Of a stretch of 64,000 nucleotides of DNA, positions 20,722 through 30,169 are shown piece after piece. A model generated the notes under the pieces. It was not told the origin of the DNA. It ran no database searches and saw only the letters and a program-made list of their open reading frames with translations. How positions within the stretch are numbered: the first letter of the stretch is position 1; each line of letters begins with the position of its first letter. Made by a program: the position numbers and the translations under genes. The DNA comes from Myxococcota bacterium (lineage in GTDB: Bacteria > Myxococcota_A > UBA9160 > UBA4427): assembly GCA_965250285.1 (NCBI GenBank), contig OZ252299.1, positions 5,504,001-5,568,000 on the forward strand. Reading direction: 5' to 3'.

Positions 20722-21125
20722 CCCGCTCCAACGACGTCGACAGCCGCAGTCGGTTGGGTCGCCGCAAGGGGGGCTGCCACTGCGGCCGAATCCGCTTCGA
20801 GATCGAAGCGCGCGAGCCGCTGGTCGCTTACGCGTGCAACTGCTCGATGTGCCATCGCGTCGGGTTCGTTCATCTGATCGTCGAAGGCGATGCGTTCCGC
20901 CTGACCGAAGGCGAGGATCTGCTCAGTACGTACACGTTCAATACGGGCACGGCCAAGCACTTCTTCTGCTCGGTGTGCGGCGTGAAGTCGTTTTACGTGC
21001 CTCGATCACATCCCGATGGCTACAGCGTCAACGTGCGTTGCCTCGACGACGTCGATCTCGGCGACGTACGGATCGAACCGTTCGACGGGCAGAACTGGGA
21101 AGCGAACGTCGACGATCTTCGTTGA
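20718..21125 (+). CDS. GFA/CENP-V family protein
   Basis: GGCHCG, CNCSMC, FCSVCGVKSFYVPRSHPDG. Confidence 0.92.
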   Translation: MTRSNDVDSRSRLGRRKGGCHCGRIRFEIEAREPLVAYACNCSMCHRVGFVHLIVEGDAFRLTEGEDLLSTYTFNTGTAKHFFCSVCGVKSFYVPRSHPDGYSVNVRCLDDVDLGDVRIEPFDGQNWEANVDDLR

Positions 21126-21231
21126 TGCGGGCCGAACCGCAACGCCATCCGATCGAGGTCGGTGTATGCTGGACTCGCAGTCGAACCGGTCGTCGGTGTG
21201 TGTCGAGGCACGCACGCAACCAGGGGTGCAC

Positions 21232-21711
21232 TTGACGATTCAAGATCTCGGGAGCCTCGGCGAGCTGGTCGCCGCGGCCGCGACCGTTGCGACGCTCGGT
21301 TATCTCAGCATCCAGATCCGCACGAGCAATCGACTCGCGCGCGCCGAGGCCTCGCGTAGCCCGAACAGCGATCTGAACGCGATCAACGGCGCATTCGGTA
21401 CGAACGCGGCATTCCTGGCAGCCCTGCGCCAGATTCTGACGGGGGCCGAGCGCGCCGACATCGATCCGCTCGACCGCTCGCTGCTCGACATGTACCTGCT
21501 GTCGGTGACGAACCTGCAGGAGCAGCTCTATCGCGAGCTCTGGGCGGGGGTGGTGGACGAAGAGGCGCTCGACTTCGGGGGCAAGGGCCTGTTCCTGCTG
21601 CCGTACTACCGCACCAGCTGGCCGATCTATCGAAACTACCTGACGAGCGCGTTCGTCGAGCAGTTCGAGCAGCGCTACGACCTCGATCCGACGATCGATG
21701 CGGTCGTGTAG
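21232..21711 (+). CDS. Family A protein, copy 4
   Basis: TTG start; IQDLGSLGELVAAAATVATLGYLSIQIR. Confidence 0.8.
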   Translation: MTIQDLGSLGELVAAAATVATLGYLSIQIRTSNRLARAEASRSPNSDLNAINGAFGTNAAFLAALRQILTGAERADIDPLDRSLLDMYLLSVTNLQEQLYRELWAGVVDEEALDFGGKGLFLLPYYRTSWPIYRNYLTSAFVEQFEQRYDLDPTIDAVV

Positions 21712-22023
21712 GTGAGGCCGAGAGCGCGGCCCGCGACGATTCGGCCCGCTCGCTGCCGGCCCGAGTGGCTCGGCCCCTGCGCGTCGACGGCGGACGGGTG
21801 AGGCTGCGGGGTCCACCGGGCGCCGGAGCGCTCCCTCTCGAGCGCGCACCGCGCAGCGAAGGGGTCGGCGCGAACCCATCGAGATCGTGTCTCCGCAAGG
21901 CGCATCCCACGGCCGGGCCAGATCGGTTGCGTGATAGGATCGAGGCCGATGAAGCGGAGTTCGAACGCGACATCGCCACGTTTCGCCCCAGAACGCCGCG
22001 CTCGGCGCGGTCAAGGAGCTGTC

Positions 22024-22488
22024 ATGCGCCCGAGCCTCGCGCTTCTCTTGGCGATCCTCTTCGTTTCGATTCCGATCCAATCCGCATCGACCGATGACGC
22101 GCCGCAGACGCCCGAGGCGTTGGCGCGCGAGCTGATTCGCATCAGCGGCGCGGTCGAGTCGACCGACGACATGATGGCGGCCTATGAAGGTCAGTTCCGC
22201 ATGGCGTTCCCCGACGTGCCCGCCGAGCTTTGGAGCGAGCTCTTCGCTTCGATGAACGCGAACGAGCTCGTCGAGCTCGTGATTCCGATCTACACGAAGC
22301 ACTACACGCGCGAAGATCTCGTCGGCCTGATCGAGTTCTATCAGTCGCCGCTCGGTCAGCGCCTCATCAAGGCCAACCCCGCCATCATGCAGGAGTCGAT
22401 GGCCGTGGGCATGGCGTGGGGGCAACAGAAGGCTGCCGAGGTGTTCGAGAGCCTGCGCGAGCGTGGCTACGAGCCCGTCAACATCTAG
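22024..22488 (+). CDS. DUF2059 domain secreted protein
   Basis: IYTKHYTREDLVGLIEFYQSPLGQRL; signal peptide. Confidence 0.88.
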   Translation: MRPSLALLLAILFVSIPIQSASTDDAPQTPEALARELIRISGAVESTDDMMAAYEGQFRMAFPDVPAELWSELFASMNANELVELVIPIYTKHYTREDLVGLIEFYQSPLGQRLIKANPAIMQESMAVGMAWGQQKAAEVFESLRERGYEPVNI

Positions 22489-22596
22489 CGGGGGACCTCT
22501 CCTATGACGCGCAGCGTGACTCGCATCCCGCCGATGAGCGTGAGCGAGATGTTCGGTGTGTAAGTCGCGGCGTCCAGCAATCACCGGGAAGCAACC

Positions 22597-23094
22597 ATGA
22601 ATGAAGTCGAGATCTGGGTCGAGAAGCAGAAGATTCACGAGCTCTGCGCGCGCTACACGCTCACCATCGATCGGCACGACATCGATGGTTGGGTCGATTG
22701 CTTCACCGAGGACGGTGTTTTCGGCTTCGGCGATCACGCGCTCAAGGGCCGGGAGAAGATCGCGACCTATGGCCGGGTGCATGCCCGAATCGGTTCGCGT
22801 CACCTGAACACGTCGCTGGTGTTCGAGCTCGATGCGAGCGGTGAGCGCGCGCGCGGTGAATCGACGACGGTCGTCGTGTTCATGACGCCCGAGGGCTATC
22901 GCGTCGCTTTTCTCGGGCGCTATGAGGACGAGGTCGTCAAGATCGACGGCGAATGGCGGTTCGCGCGTCGGTGGGTCGTGGCCGACGAGGTGCCCGACGA
23001 TCCGACCTTCGACATGCTGACCGCCGACCCAGCGCTGGCGCCCGTGGTGCAGCAGCTGCTCGACGCGTACGCGACAGAGGGTAAAGTCGAGTAG
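22597..23094 (+). CDS. SnoaL-like/NTF2 family protein
   Basis: ARYTLTID, CFTEDG, GRYEDEVVKIDGEWRFARR. Confidence 0.85.
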   Translation: MNEVEIWVEKQKIHELCARYTLTIDRHDIDGWVDCFTEDGVFGFGDHALKGREKIATYGRVHARIGSRHLNTSLVFELDASGERARGESTTVVVFMTPEGYRVAFLGRYEDEVVKIDGEWRFARRWVVADEVPDDPTFDMLTADPALAPVVQQLLDAYATEGKVE

Positions 23095-23158
23095 CGCGAA
23101 CTCGCGCGGGTCTCGCCGACGCGCGCGTTGTCGTCGACTGAACGTCTGATGCGCCTCG

Positions 23159-24733
23159 CTACTTCGAGGCTTCGGCCACGTACTTCGAGAGCTGCTCGAT
23201 CTGCTCGGGCGTGAGCGTGTGGTCGTAGGCGGGCATCGCGCCGACGCCCCCCGTGACCGCACTCTCGACGGTCGCGGCATCGGGCTTCAGGTCGTTCAGG
23301 TTGGGGCCGACGGCGCCCTGAGTGCCGGCGTCGGTCAGGGTGTGGCACACGCCGCAGGGGGGCTGGGCCGATTGGAAGATGTCGCGCCCGGCCTGGGCAT
23401 CGGCCGAGAGCGATGCCTTTGGCCGAGCGGCCGTTGGCTCTGCGGGCGGCGGCGCCGATTCGGCTGCGCTCGGTGATTCGGCGGTCGCACGCTCGGGCAG
23501 CTCGGCGACGAGATCGACGCGCAGCGCCGCGTCGAGCCAGCCGTTGTGGCCGTAGCCTCGCTCGTTCGGTTGGCTCGCGCGCGGTTGCACGTCGCCCCGG
23601 GCATCGGTCGCGCGTGAGGCGATCGTATACGTGCCCGGCTCGAGGTCGGTGGTATACGCGAACGTGCGCCACGCGTTGGGGCCGAGATCGGGGCCGACGA
23701 GCTCGGCCGACTGCCACGAGTCGCCTTCGTCGAGCGAGACGTCGACGCCCTGCACGCCGCGCTCCCCCGAGAGCGCGACGCCGTAGAACGTGACGCGGCC
23801 CGCGAGCGTCGGTGTGTCGTCGGCGCCCGGTCCGTTGATCCAGGATTTGACCGGCATGCGCCACATCGACGGCTGCGTCGGAGCGCCCGCTTCGCCGAGC
23901 GGTCGCATGCGATAGCCCGACTGCTGGATCTTGGCCGACGATTCGGTCGAGGTGGCTGCGATGCGGCGCACGTACTTGATGCTGTTGACGCCGTAGTACC
24001 CCGGCACGATGAGCCGCAGGGGGCCGCCATGCGTGAGCGGCAGCGGCTCGCCGTTCATCTCCCAGGCGAGCAGCGCGTCGTCGAGCGCCTTGTCGATCGG
24101 GATCGAACGCTCGACGACCAGGTCGTCGCGGTCGAGTCCGTCGGGTAGCGCTTCGCCCCCGGTCGACGTCAGGTACGGCTTGCCGCTCGTCACGCCGCCG
24201 AAGTGTTCGACCACCGTGCGCACGCGCACGCCTGTCCAGACTGCGCAGCCCGCCGCTCCCGTTCGCCACGGTGAGCCCGAAGGGTCGTGTTCGAAGAACG
24301 CGCGCCCGTTGCCCGAACACTGGAGCACCGCCCCCTCGGTGTCGATGCCGAGCCCCTTCAGCTCGGCCAGGGTGATCGAGCCGGGCTGGGCGACGCCCGC
24401 GACTTCGAGCGCCCATTCGTCGGGGTGCGCCAGGATGGTGTCGGACGGCATCGGCAGGTTGTTGCGAACGAAGAAGCGCGAGATCGGCGTGATGACGCTG
24501 CGGCCGATCTGCGAGCGGCGAACCTCGAGCGCCATCGGAGACCGGCTGTGCACGATGAAGGGCGCCGGGTCGAGCCCTCCGGGCCATCCCGACGTCGCGG
24601 GTGCCGCGGTCGACACCGTCGTCTGGTGGGCCGACGAGCCCGGCCGGCAGCCCGGCAGCGCGAGCGCTGCGCCCGTGGCGAGCATGGCCTGTAGAAACTG
24701 ACGTCGGCTTCGCGTGGGTCTTGCGACCTTCAT
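23159..24733 (-). CDS. Sulfite-oxidase-family molybdoenzyme fused to a C-terminal cytochrome c
   Basis: SRRQFL Tat motif and LPGC lipobox; FFVRNN, LQCSGNGR, HGGPLRLIVPGYYG; C-terminal CGVCH and GAMPAY. Confidence 0.9.
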   Translation of the reverse strand: MKVARPTRSRRQFLQAMLATGAALALPGCRPGSSAHQTTVSTAAPATSGWPGGLDPAPFIVHSRSPMALEVRRSQIGRSVITPISRFFVRNNLPMPSDTILAHPDEWALEVAGVAQPGSITLAELKGLGIDTEGAVLQCSGNGRAFFEHDPSGSPWRTGAAGCAVWTGVRVRTVVEHFGGVTSGKPYLTSTGGEALPDGLDRDDLVVERSIPIDKALDDALLAWEMNGEPLPLTHGGPLRLIVPGYYGVNSIKYVRRIAATSTESSAKIQQSGYRMRPLGEAGAPTQPSMWRMPVKSWINGPGADDTPTLAGRVTFYGVALSGERGVQGVDVSLDEGDSWQSAELVGPDLGPNAWRTFAYTTDLEPGTYTIASRATDARGDVQPRASQPNERGYGHNGWLDAALRVDLVAELPERATAESPSAAESAPPPAEPTAARPKASLSADAQAGRDIFQSAQPPCGVCHTLTDAGTQGAVGPNLNDLKPDAATVESAVTGGVGAMPAYDHTLTPEQIEQLSKYVAEASK

Positions 24734-25004
24734 CCGCGTTCCTCCATGCGAAAGCTTCGCATACACCGACGACGCATCCACGTGATCCGTTCCTCGGTTG
24801 CGGGCCGCCAAGCGTCGAGGTCGCGCATTGGACGCGCGCCCGCGCTGTCACGATCTGGGGGCAACCGACACAGGCCGAACCTGGTAGCCTTCCGACATCA
24901 TTCGATCTGGCTCGACGCGCCCGTTCAGGTCTGACGCGGGCGGGTGAGCGGCACGCTGTATGCCCGTGACATCGACGCGGGTCACACCGGCGAAGGAGTC
25001 TTCG

Positions 25005-25367
25005 ATGCTCGAACGCGTTCAAGGGCTGCCCGACCACGTGCTGGGCTTCTCGGCCAAGGGAAAGATCACGGCGTCGGACTACGAAGACACGCTCGTTCCC
25101 GCGATCGAAGCCGCGCTCGCGCAGGGTGGAAAGCTGCGCCTCTTCTACGAGATGGGTGCCGACTTCGAGGGCATCGAGATGGGAGCGGTGTGGGACGATG
25201 CCAAGGTCGGCGTGCGGCATCCCGCCGCCTGGGAGCGCGTTGCGCTCGTATCGGACGTCGAGTGGATCCGCGTCGTCGGCAAGGCCTTCGGCTTCGCGAT
25301 GCCCGGCCACGTACGGGTGTTCTCGAACGAAGAGGTCGACGCCGCCCGAAGCTGGATCGCCGAGTAG
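25005..25367 (+). CDS. SpoIIAA-like (STAS/SEC14) protein
   Basis: GKITASDY, WDDAKVG, WERVALVSDVEWI. Confidence 0.88.
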   Translation: MLERVQGLPDHVLGFSAKGKITASDYEDTLVPAIEAALAQGGKLRLFYEMGADFEGIEMGAVWDDAKVGVRHPAAWERVALVSDVEWIRVVGKAFGFAMPGHVRVFSNEEVDAARSWIAE

Positions 25368-25388
25368 GCGAGCTGGCAGAGGAGCCCC

Positions 25389-26078
25389 ATGCCCGACGCC
25401 GATCGCTCCGCGCAGCCCTATGAAGTCGAGTCGGTCGAGGTGATCGCCATGACGCCCGACCTGCGCGTCTCGGTCTTCACCCTGGCCGAGGGCCACGAGG
25501 TGCCGTGGCACGTGCACTCGAATGTCGTCGATACCTTCTATTGCTTGTCGGGTCGCATCTCGGTGCACCACGGGGCACGGCCGATCGTTCATCTGACCAA
25601 GGGCGAGTCGCACGCGGTGCCGGCCAGAACGCCCCATCGCGTCGAAGGCCCGGGGCGTTTTCTGCTCGTTCAGGGCATCGGTGCCTACGACTTCGTGCCG
25701 ACCGACGCGCCGAAGGCGGCTCGCGAGAGCGACGCGGATGTGCAGAACGATTCGAACCCCTTCGTGTGCGACATCGAGGCATTGACATCGGAGCAGCGTG
25801 AGCGACATGGCGCGCTGGCCCGACGGCTGCGTCCGCTGGTGCTCGAGTTCGTCGAGCTGGCCGGTGGCTACGCAGCCCGGTTCGATGCAGCGCCTGGGCG
25901 CCTGGCCGAGGTCGCCGAGTTCATGGAGCTCGAGCGCCTCTGTTGTCCGTTCTTCGTGCTCGAGCTGAAGGCCGAAGCCCCTGTCGAAGCGCAGGCCGGT
26001 GGGCTCAGCCTCATCGTGACCGGGCCCGAGGGCGTGAAGCCGTTCATTCGGGCCGAGTTCGCGATCCCCGGGGCGTAG
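25389..26078 (+). CDS. Cupin domain fused to a CCPFF-motif domain
   Basis: PWHVH...PHRV cupin; second domain FVCDIEALT...ERLCCPFF. Confidence 0.75.
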   Translation: MPDADRSAQPYEVESVEVIAMTPDLRVSVFTLAEGHEVPWHVHSNVVDTFYCLSGRISVHHGARPIVHLTKGESHAVPARTPHRVEGPGRFLLVQGIGAYDFVPTDAPKAARESDADVQNDSNPFVCDIEALTSEQRERHGALARRLRPLVLEFVELAGGYAARFDAAPGRLAEVAEFMELERLCCPFFVLELKAEAPVEAQAGGLSLIVTGPEGVKPFIRAEFAIPGA

Positions 26079-26157
26079 CGCCGAGAGGGCAACCCACACC
26101 GAGGGCGACTCGCTCGACCGCCGCGGGTCGCATCGAAGAGGCGAAGGGGCTACCAGC

Positions 26158-26667
26158 GTGGAGCACCGAGACACACTGCTGACGATCGCCGAGATCGCGA
26201 TCGCCCTGGCGGGCTTTGCGAGCATCGTGAGTGTGATCGCCCAGCGCGCCGAAGCGTCGGCGCGCGTCGCCGACGCACATCGGCTGCGCCTCATGCTCGA
26301 GGTCGCGCTTCGAAATGCTGGCTTCGCTCTGCTGCCGTTGCCGCTGCTCTCGACGTCCGGGTCGGATCCGCTCCTGTGGCGGGCCGCGAGCGGGCTCTAT
26401 CTCGTGATCGCCCTGCTGCACGGTGTGATTCGGCTCAAGACGCAGCGCGAGGTCGGGCCGCGTTGGTTCACGCTCACCGCGCAGATCTGTCTGGCGGCCA
26501 CGGCGGTCTTCTGTGTCGCCAATGTGTTCGGCGTAGCGGGTGAGCGCGCCTTCTCTCTATATCTCGCAAGTCTGCTCGTCGGGCTCTCGGTGTCGGGGAC
26601 GGCATTCATCGCGGTCGCTGCGTCGGCCCTGGGCCTGGCGCAGCCGACGACGCGCCAGGCAGAGTGA
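26158..26667 (+). CDS. Hypothetical membrane protein
   Basis: LLTIAEIAIALAGFASIV; about five TM segments. Confidence 0.75.
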   Translation: MEHRDTLLTIAEIAIALAGFASIVSVIAQRAEASARVADAHRLRLMLEVALRNAGFALLPLPLLSTSGSDPLLWRAASGLYLVIALLHGVIRLKTQREVGPRWFTLTAQICLAATAVFCVANVFGVAGERAFSLYLASLLVGLSVSGTAFIAVAASALGLAQPTTRQAE

Positions 26668-26668
26668 C

Positions 26669-27022
26669 ATGCAGCTGCGAACCAAGCGCATCTACGAGGC
26701 GGCGAGCGGCGGGGACGGGGTGCGCATCCTCATCGACCGTCTCTGGCCGCGGGGCGTCTCGCGCGACGCCGCTGCCATCGACCTGTGGGCGAAGGATCTC
26801 GCGCCCTCGAGTGAGCTGAGAACGTGGTACCAGCACGATCACGCGAAGTGGCCCGAGTTTCGCAAGCGGTACTTCGCCGAGCTCGACGGGAACCGCGAGG
26901 CGGTGGCCGACGTCGTTTCGATGATCGGCGATGGGGTCGCGACGATCGTGTTCGGCTCGAAAGAGACGGTGAAGAACAATGCGAGCGCCTTTCGTGAATA
27001 CCTCGAGGGGTTCGAGCCGTGA
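26669..27022 (+). CDS. DUF488 (YeaO-like) protein
   Basis: KRIYE, RILIDRLWPRGVS, LAPSSELRTWY. Confidence 0.9.
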   Translation: MQLRTKRIYEAASGGDGVRILIDRLWPRGVSRDAAAIDLWAKDLAPSSELRTWYQHDHAKWPEFRKRYFAELDGNREAVADVVSMIGDGVATIVFGSKETVKNNASAFREYLEGFEP

Positions 27023-27326
27023 CGCGTCGGCGCTTGGCGCCGGCCGGGCTTCGTGGCTGCTCGTGGCCGCATGCCTGTCGTTTTCTGCCGGCTGTGCGGT
27101 GAACGAGCTCGCGCACTGGAAGCGGGCCGAAGCCGACTACCGAAGCTGTGTCGAGGCGTACCCGAGCGAGCCGTCGCGTTGTGCAACGTACAAGGCCGAA
27201 GCGGGGCGGGCGGTCGAGGCGTACGAGCGCGCGGCCGACACCGACCGTTCGGCGGCGTGCCCGCACACCTGGGGCACGTGCGCGCACGATCGAGGACCCG
27301 CCCCAGCCTCGGACCCCGGCTGCTAG
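27019..27326 (+). pseudogene. Cys-rich lipoprotein, probable frameshift near 27050
   Basis: Coupled GTGA start (MTRRRLAPAGL) is out of frame with SWLLVAACLSFSAGC and the downstream domain. Confidence 0.5.
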
Positions 27327-27398
27327 CGGCGCGGCTCGAAGCGCGCGCGTGGTAGAGTCGACGGCGCTCGACCTGAAGGCAAGAGAGGCCGTCGTGTC

Positions 27399-28067
27399 AT
27401 GACCAAGGTACTGCTGACCGGCTACGAACCCTTCGGCACGACCCCGATCAATCCTGCCGAGCTCGTAGCGCGAGCGCTCGACGGCGAGACCATCGCCGAC
27501 GCGAAGGTGGTGTCGCGCATTCTGCCGAGCACGTTCTTCGAATCGATCGAGACGGTGGCCGCCGCGATCGAAGCCGAATCGCCCGACCTCGTGATCATGA
27601 TGGGTGAGTACGGCGGCCGCGCCACGATCACCGTCGAGCGCATCGCCCAGAACTTCAACGACTCGACGCGCTACGGGCTCGTCGACAATCGCGGCAAATC
27701 GATGCAGGACGAGCCGACCGTGCCTGGTGGTCCGGCCGCGTACTACGCGACGCTCCCGATTCGCGCGATGGTCAAGGCGATGCGCGAGGCCGGTGTGCCG
27801 GCCGACATCTCCGACGCGCCGGGCACGTTCTGCTGCAACCACCTGATGTACGGGATCCTTCACGTCATCTCGGATCGTGCGCTCGACATCCGGGCAGGCT
27901 GGATCCACCTGCCTCATCTGCCCGAGGTGGCTGCGCTGCCCGACAATCTCGGTGCGCCGAGCATGTCGGCCCAGACGGCGACAAAGGGGGTGCGAGTCGG
28001 GATCGAAGCGGCGCTGACCCACGCGCACGACATCACGGATCCGATCTCGTCGAGGCTTCAGATCTGA
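27399..28067 (+). CDS. pcp: Pyroglutamyl-peptidase I
   Basis: LLTGYEPFG, TVERIA, GTFCCN, GWIHLP (Glu/Cys/His triad). Confidence 0.93.
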   Translation: MTKVLLTGYEPFGTTPINPAELVARALDGETIADAKVVSRILPSTFFESIETVAAAIEAESPDLVIMMGEYGGRATITVERIAQNFNDSTRYGLVDNRGKSMQDEPTVPGGPAAYYATLPIRAMVKAMREAGVPADISDAPGTFCCNHLMYGILHVISDRALDIRAGWIHLPHLPEVAALPDNLGAPSMSAQTATKGVRVGIEAALTHAHDITDPISSRLQI

Positions 28068-28092
28068 CGCTCGTGTGGGTCACGAGGAGCCC

Positions 28093-28542
28093 TCAGCGCA
28101 AGACCGCACGCCTCCATTCTTCGGGCGGCACGTCGCGCAGATGCTCGAGGAAGCTCCAGCGGTGCCCCTCGAGATCGAGCGCTTCGTAGCGCCGATCGCC
28201 CCACGGTTGATCTTCGAGCGGCATGACGATCTGGGCCCCTGCGGCTTCGGCCCGGGTGCAGTGACCGGTGACATCGTCGACATAGGCGACGACCATCTGC
28301 GTGCGTGCCTCGAGCGTGGCCGGGCTCTGCAGATCATGCCCGCCGGCGCGGCCGACGATCACGATCCCGCTGCCGAGCTGCATTTCGGTCAGGATCACGT
28401 CGCCTTGGTCGGTTGCGACCCGCGCATCGGCCCGTTCGATGAAGCCGAAGGCCTGCGTGAGCCAGGCGATGGCGCCGGCGGCGTCGCGGTAGGCCAGACG
28501 GGGAAGGATCTGCGGAGTGCCTCGCGGTGGGTTGCTCACCAT
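28093..28542 (-). CDS. VOC/glyoxalase family protein
   Basis: AIAWLTQAFGF, DQPWGDRRY, DLEGHRW. Confidence 0.88.
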   Translation of the reverse strand: MVSNPPRGTPQILPRLAYRDAAGAIAWLTQAFGFIERADARVATDQGDVILTEMQLGSGIVIVGRAGGHDLQSPATLEARTQMVVAYVDDVTGHCTRAEAAGAQIVMPLEDQPWGDRRYEALDLEGHRWSFLEHLRDVPPEEWRRAVLR

Positions 28543-28747
28543 GCGTTCGCCTCCCGATGTGCCAATGGATCGCGCGCCGTGGAGCGCTCGTCGCGCACGA
28601 CCTCAGCGGCTGGTCTGCGCACGCGACGCACCGCATACTAGCCACGGCCGAACGCGATCGGTGCCGCCTCGCCGTGTCGTTCGACGCCATCGACCGATGC
28701 ACGAGCAAACGGGCCGACGCGATGGCCCGTAGCGAGGTGATCCCCCC

Positions 28748-29038
28748 ATGGATCTCAAGCTCTTCGCCACCGTCTTCGCGACGGTGTTCGTCGCCGAGCT
28801 CGGCGACAAGACGCAGCTCGCGACGCTGCTGTACGCATCCGACGGCGCGAACTCGCGGTGGACCGTCTTCGCGGCCTCGGCGATGGCGCTCGTGCTCGCC
28901 TCGGCCCTCGGCGTGCTGGCCGGATCGCTGGTCGCGCAGTTCGTGCATCCGATGGCGCTGCGCTGGATCGCGGGGCTCGGTTTCGTCGCCGTGGGCATCT
29001 GGGTGATCGTGAGCGGCGACGGTGCGACGGTCTCTTGA
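28748..29038 (+). CDS. TMEM165/GDT1 (UPF0016) half-size protein
   Basis: AELGDKTQLA signature. Confidence 0.92.
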   Translation: MDLKLFATVFATVFVAELGDKTQLATLLYASDGANSRWTVFAASAMALVLASALGVLAGSLVAQFVHPMALRWIAGLGFVAVGIWVIVSGDGATVS

Positions 29039-29120
29039 GACGCCTCGCCCGGGCGCGTGAAGTCACGCTCCCTGGCGACGAGGCCGCTGCGGGGCGAGAC
29101 AGAGAGGAAGTGAACGCGCG

Positions 29121-29612
29121 ATGACTCTTCAAGATCTCGGCAGCGTGGGCGAGCTCGTCGCGGCCCTCGCCACGGTCGCAACCCTTGCGTATCTCGCGCT
29201 GCAGATTCGGCAGAACACCGTACAGCTGCGCGACAACGCACGGGCGATCCGCTTGAGCGAGGTGCGCGCGGCGGCCGACGGTGAGATCGACTTTCGGCGC
29301 CTGCTGCTGACCGACCCGGAGGTCGACGATGTGTTCGATCGCGGCGTGCGGGGCGAACCGCTCGACTCGACGAGCGCTCGCCGATTCGGACATGCCCTGC
29401 TCGAGTACAGCCTGAGGTCGCAGGGTCGTTGGTATCTGGTGCAGCAGTCGATCTTGTCGCAGGCCTACTGGGAGCGCGTCTCTTCGTTCCACCTCGACTT
29501 CTTGAGCCAGGCGCTGGCCCGGCAGTGGTGGGCCGAGAACCGGTATCGATTCGATCCACGATTCGTCGAGGATCTCGATCGTCGCCTCGCCGAACGCGAC
29601 GCGTCGAGCTGA
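29121..29612 (+). CDS. Family A protein, copy 5
   Basis: LQDLGSVGELVAALATVATLAYLALQIRQN; RQWW...FDPRFVEDLD. Confidence 0.85.
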   Translation: MTLQDLGSVGELVAALATVATLAYLALQIRQNTVQLRDNARAIRLSEVRAAADGEIDFRRLLLTDPEVDDVFDRGVRGEPLDSTSARRFGHALLEYSLRSQGRWYLVQQSILSQAYWERVSSFHLDFLSQALARQWWAENRYRFDPRFVEDLDRRLAERDASS

Positions 29613-29733
29613 CGAAGTCGATCGGGCGCCCGAGTCGAACGCCGTCGCGCGAATCGAAACCGGAGCGTCGCCCCGAATCCCATCGCTCGCCGGCAGCCGA
29701 ATCGCAGAACCCACGAGAGAAGGAGTCGAGCCG

Positions 29734-30141
29734 ATGCGCGGAAGCTGTCTGTGTGGGGCCGTTCGCTACCGACTGAACGCTGAGCCCCAGTGGGCGCACA
29801 ACTGCCACTGCTCGCGATGCCGAAAGGCGACCGGGGCGAGCTTCGCTTCGAATCTCTTCGTGTCGCTGGATGCGCTCGAGTTCACGGAAGGCGAGGACCT
29901 CGTCCGTTCGTACAAGCCACCCGAAGCGGAGCGGTTCACGCACGCGTTCTGCGAGATCTGCGGCGGCGGCCTGCCGTTTCGCAACGAGGCGCGAGGACGC
30001 GCGGTGGTGCCGATGGGTAGCCTCGACGACGATCCTGGTCTCGCACCGAAGGCCCACATCTTCGTCGAGTCGCGGGCGCCGTGGCACGAGATCATCGACG
30101 ATCTCCCGCGGCACCCCGAGGCGCTCGGCTCGGGCAGGTAG
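29734..30141 (+). CDS. GFA family protein
   Basis: GSCLCG, CHCSRCRKATG, FCEICG. Confidence 0.92.
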   Translation: MRGSCLCGAVRYRLNAEPQWAHNCHCSRCRKATGASFASNLFVSLDALEFTEGEDLVRSYKPPEAERFTHAFCEICGGGLPFRNEARGRAVVPMGSLDDDPGLAPKAHIFVESRAPWHEIIDDLPRHPEALGSGR

Positions 30142-30169
30142 CGGGCCTCTCCACGATCCGCGGTGCCAG

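Noticed and set aside
22920..26294. 1124-aa minus-strand ORF and similar long ORFs (e.g. 21028-23280, 49963-52140, 54352-56421)
   Set aside because: Arg/Ala/Pro-rich shadow frames overlapping well-supported genes, as expected at this GC content.
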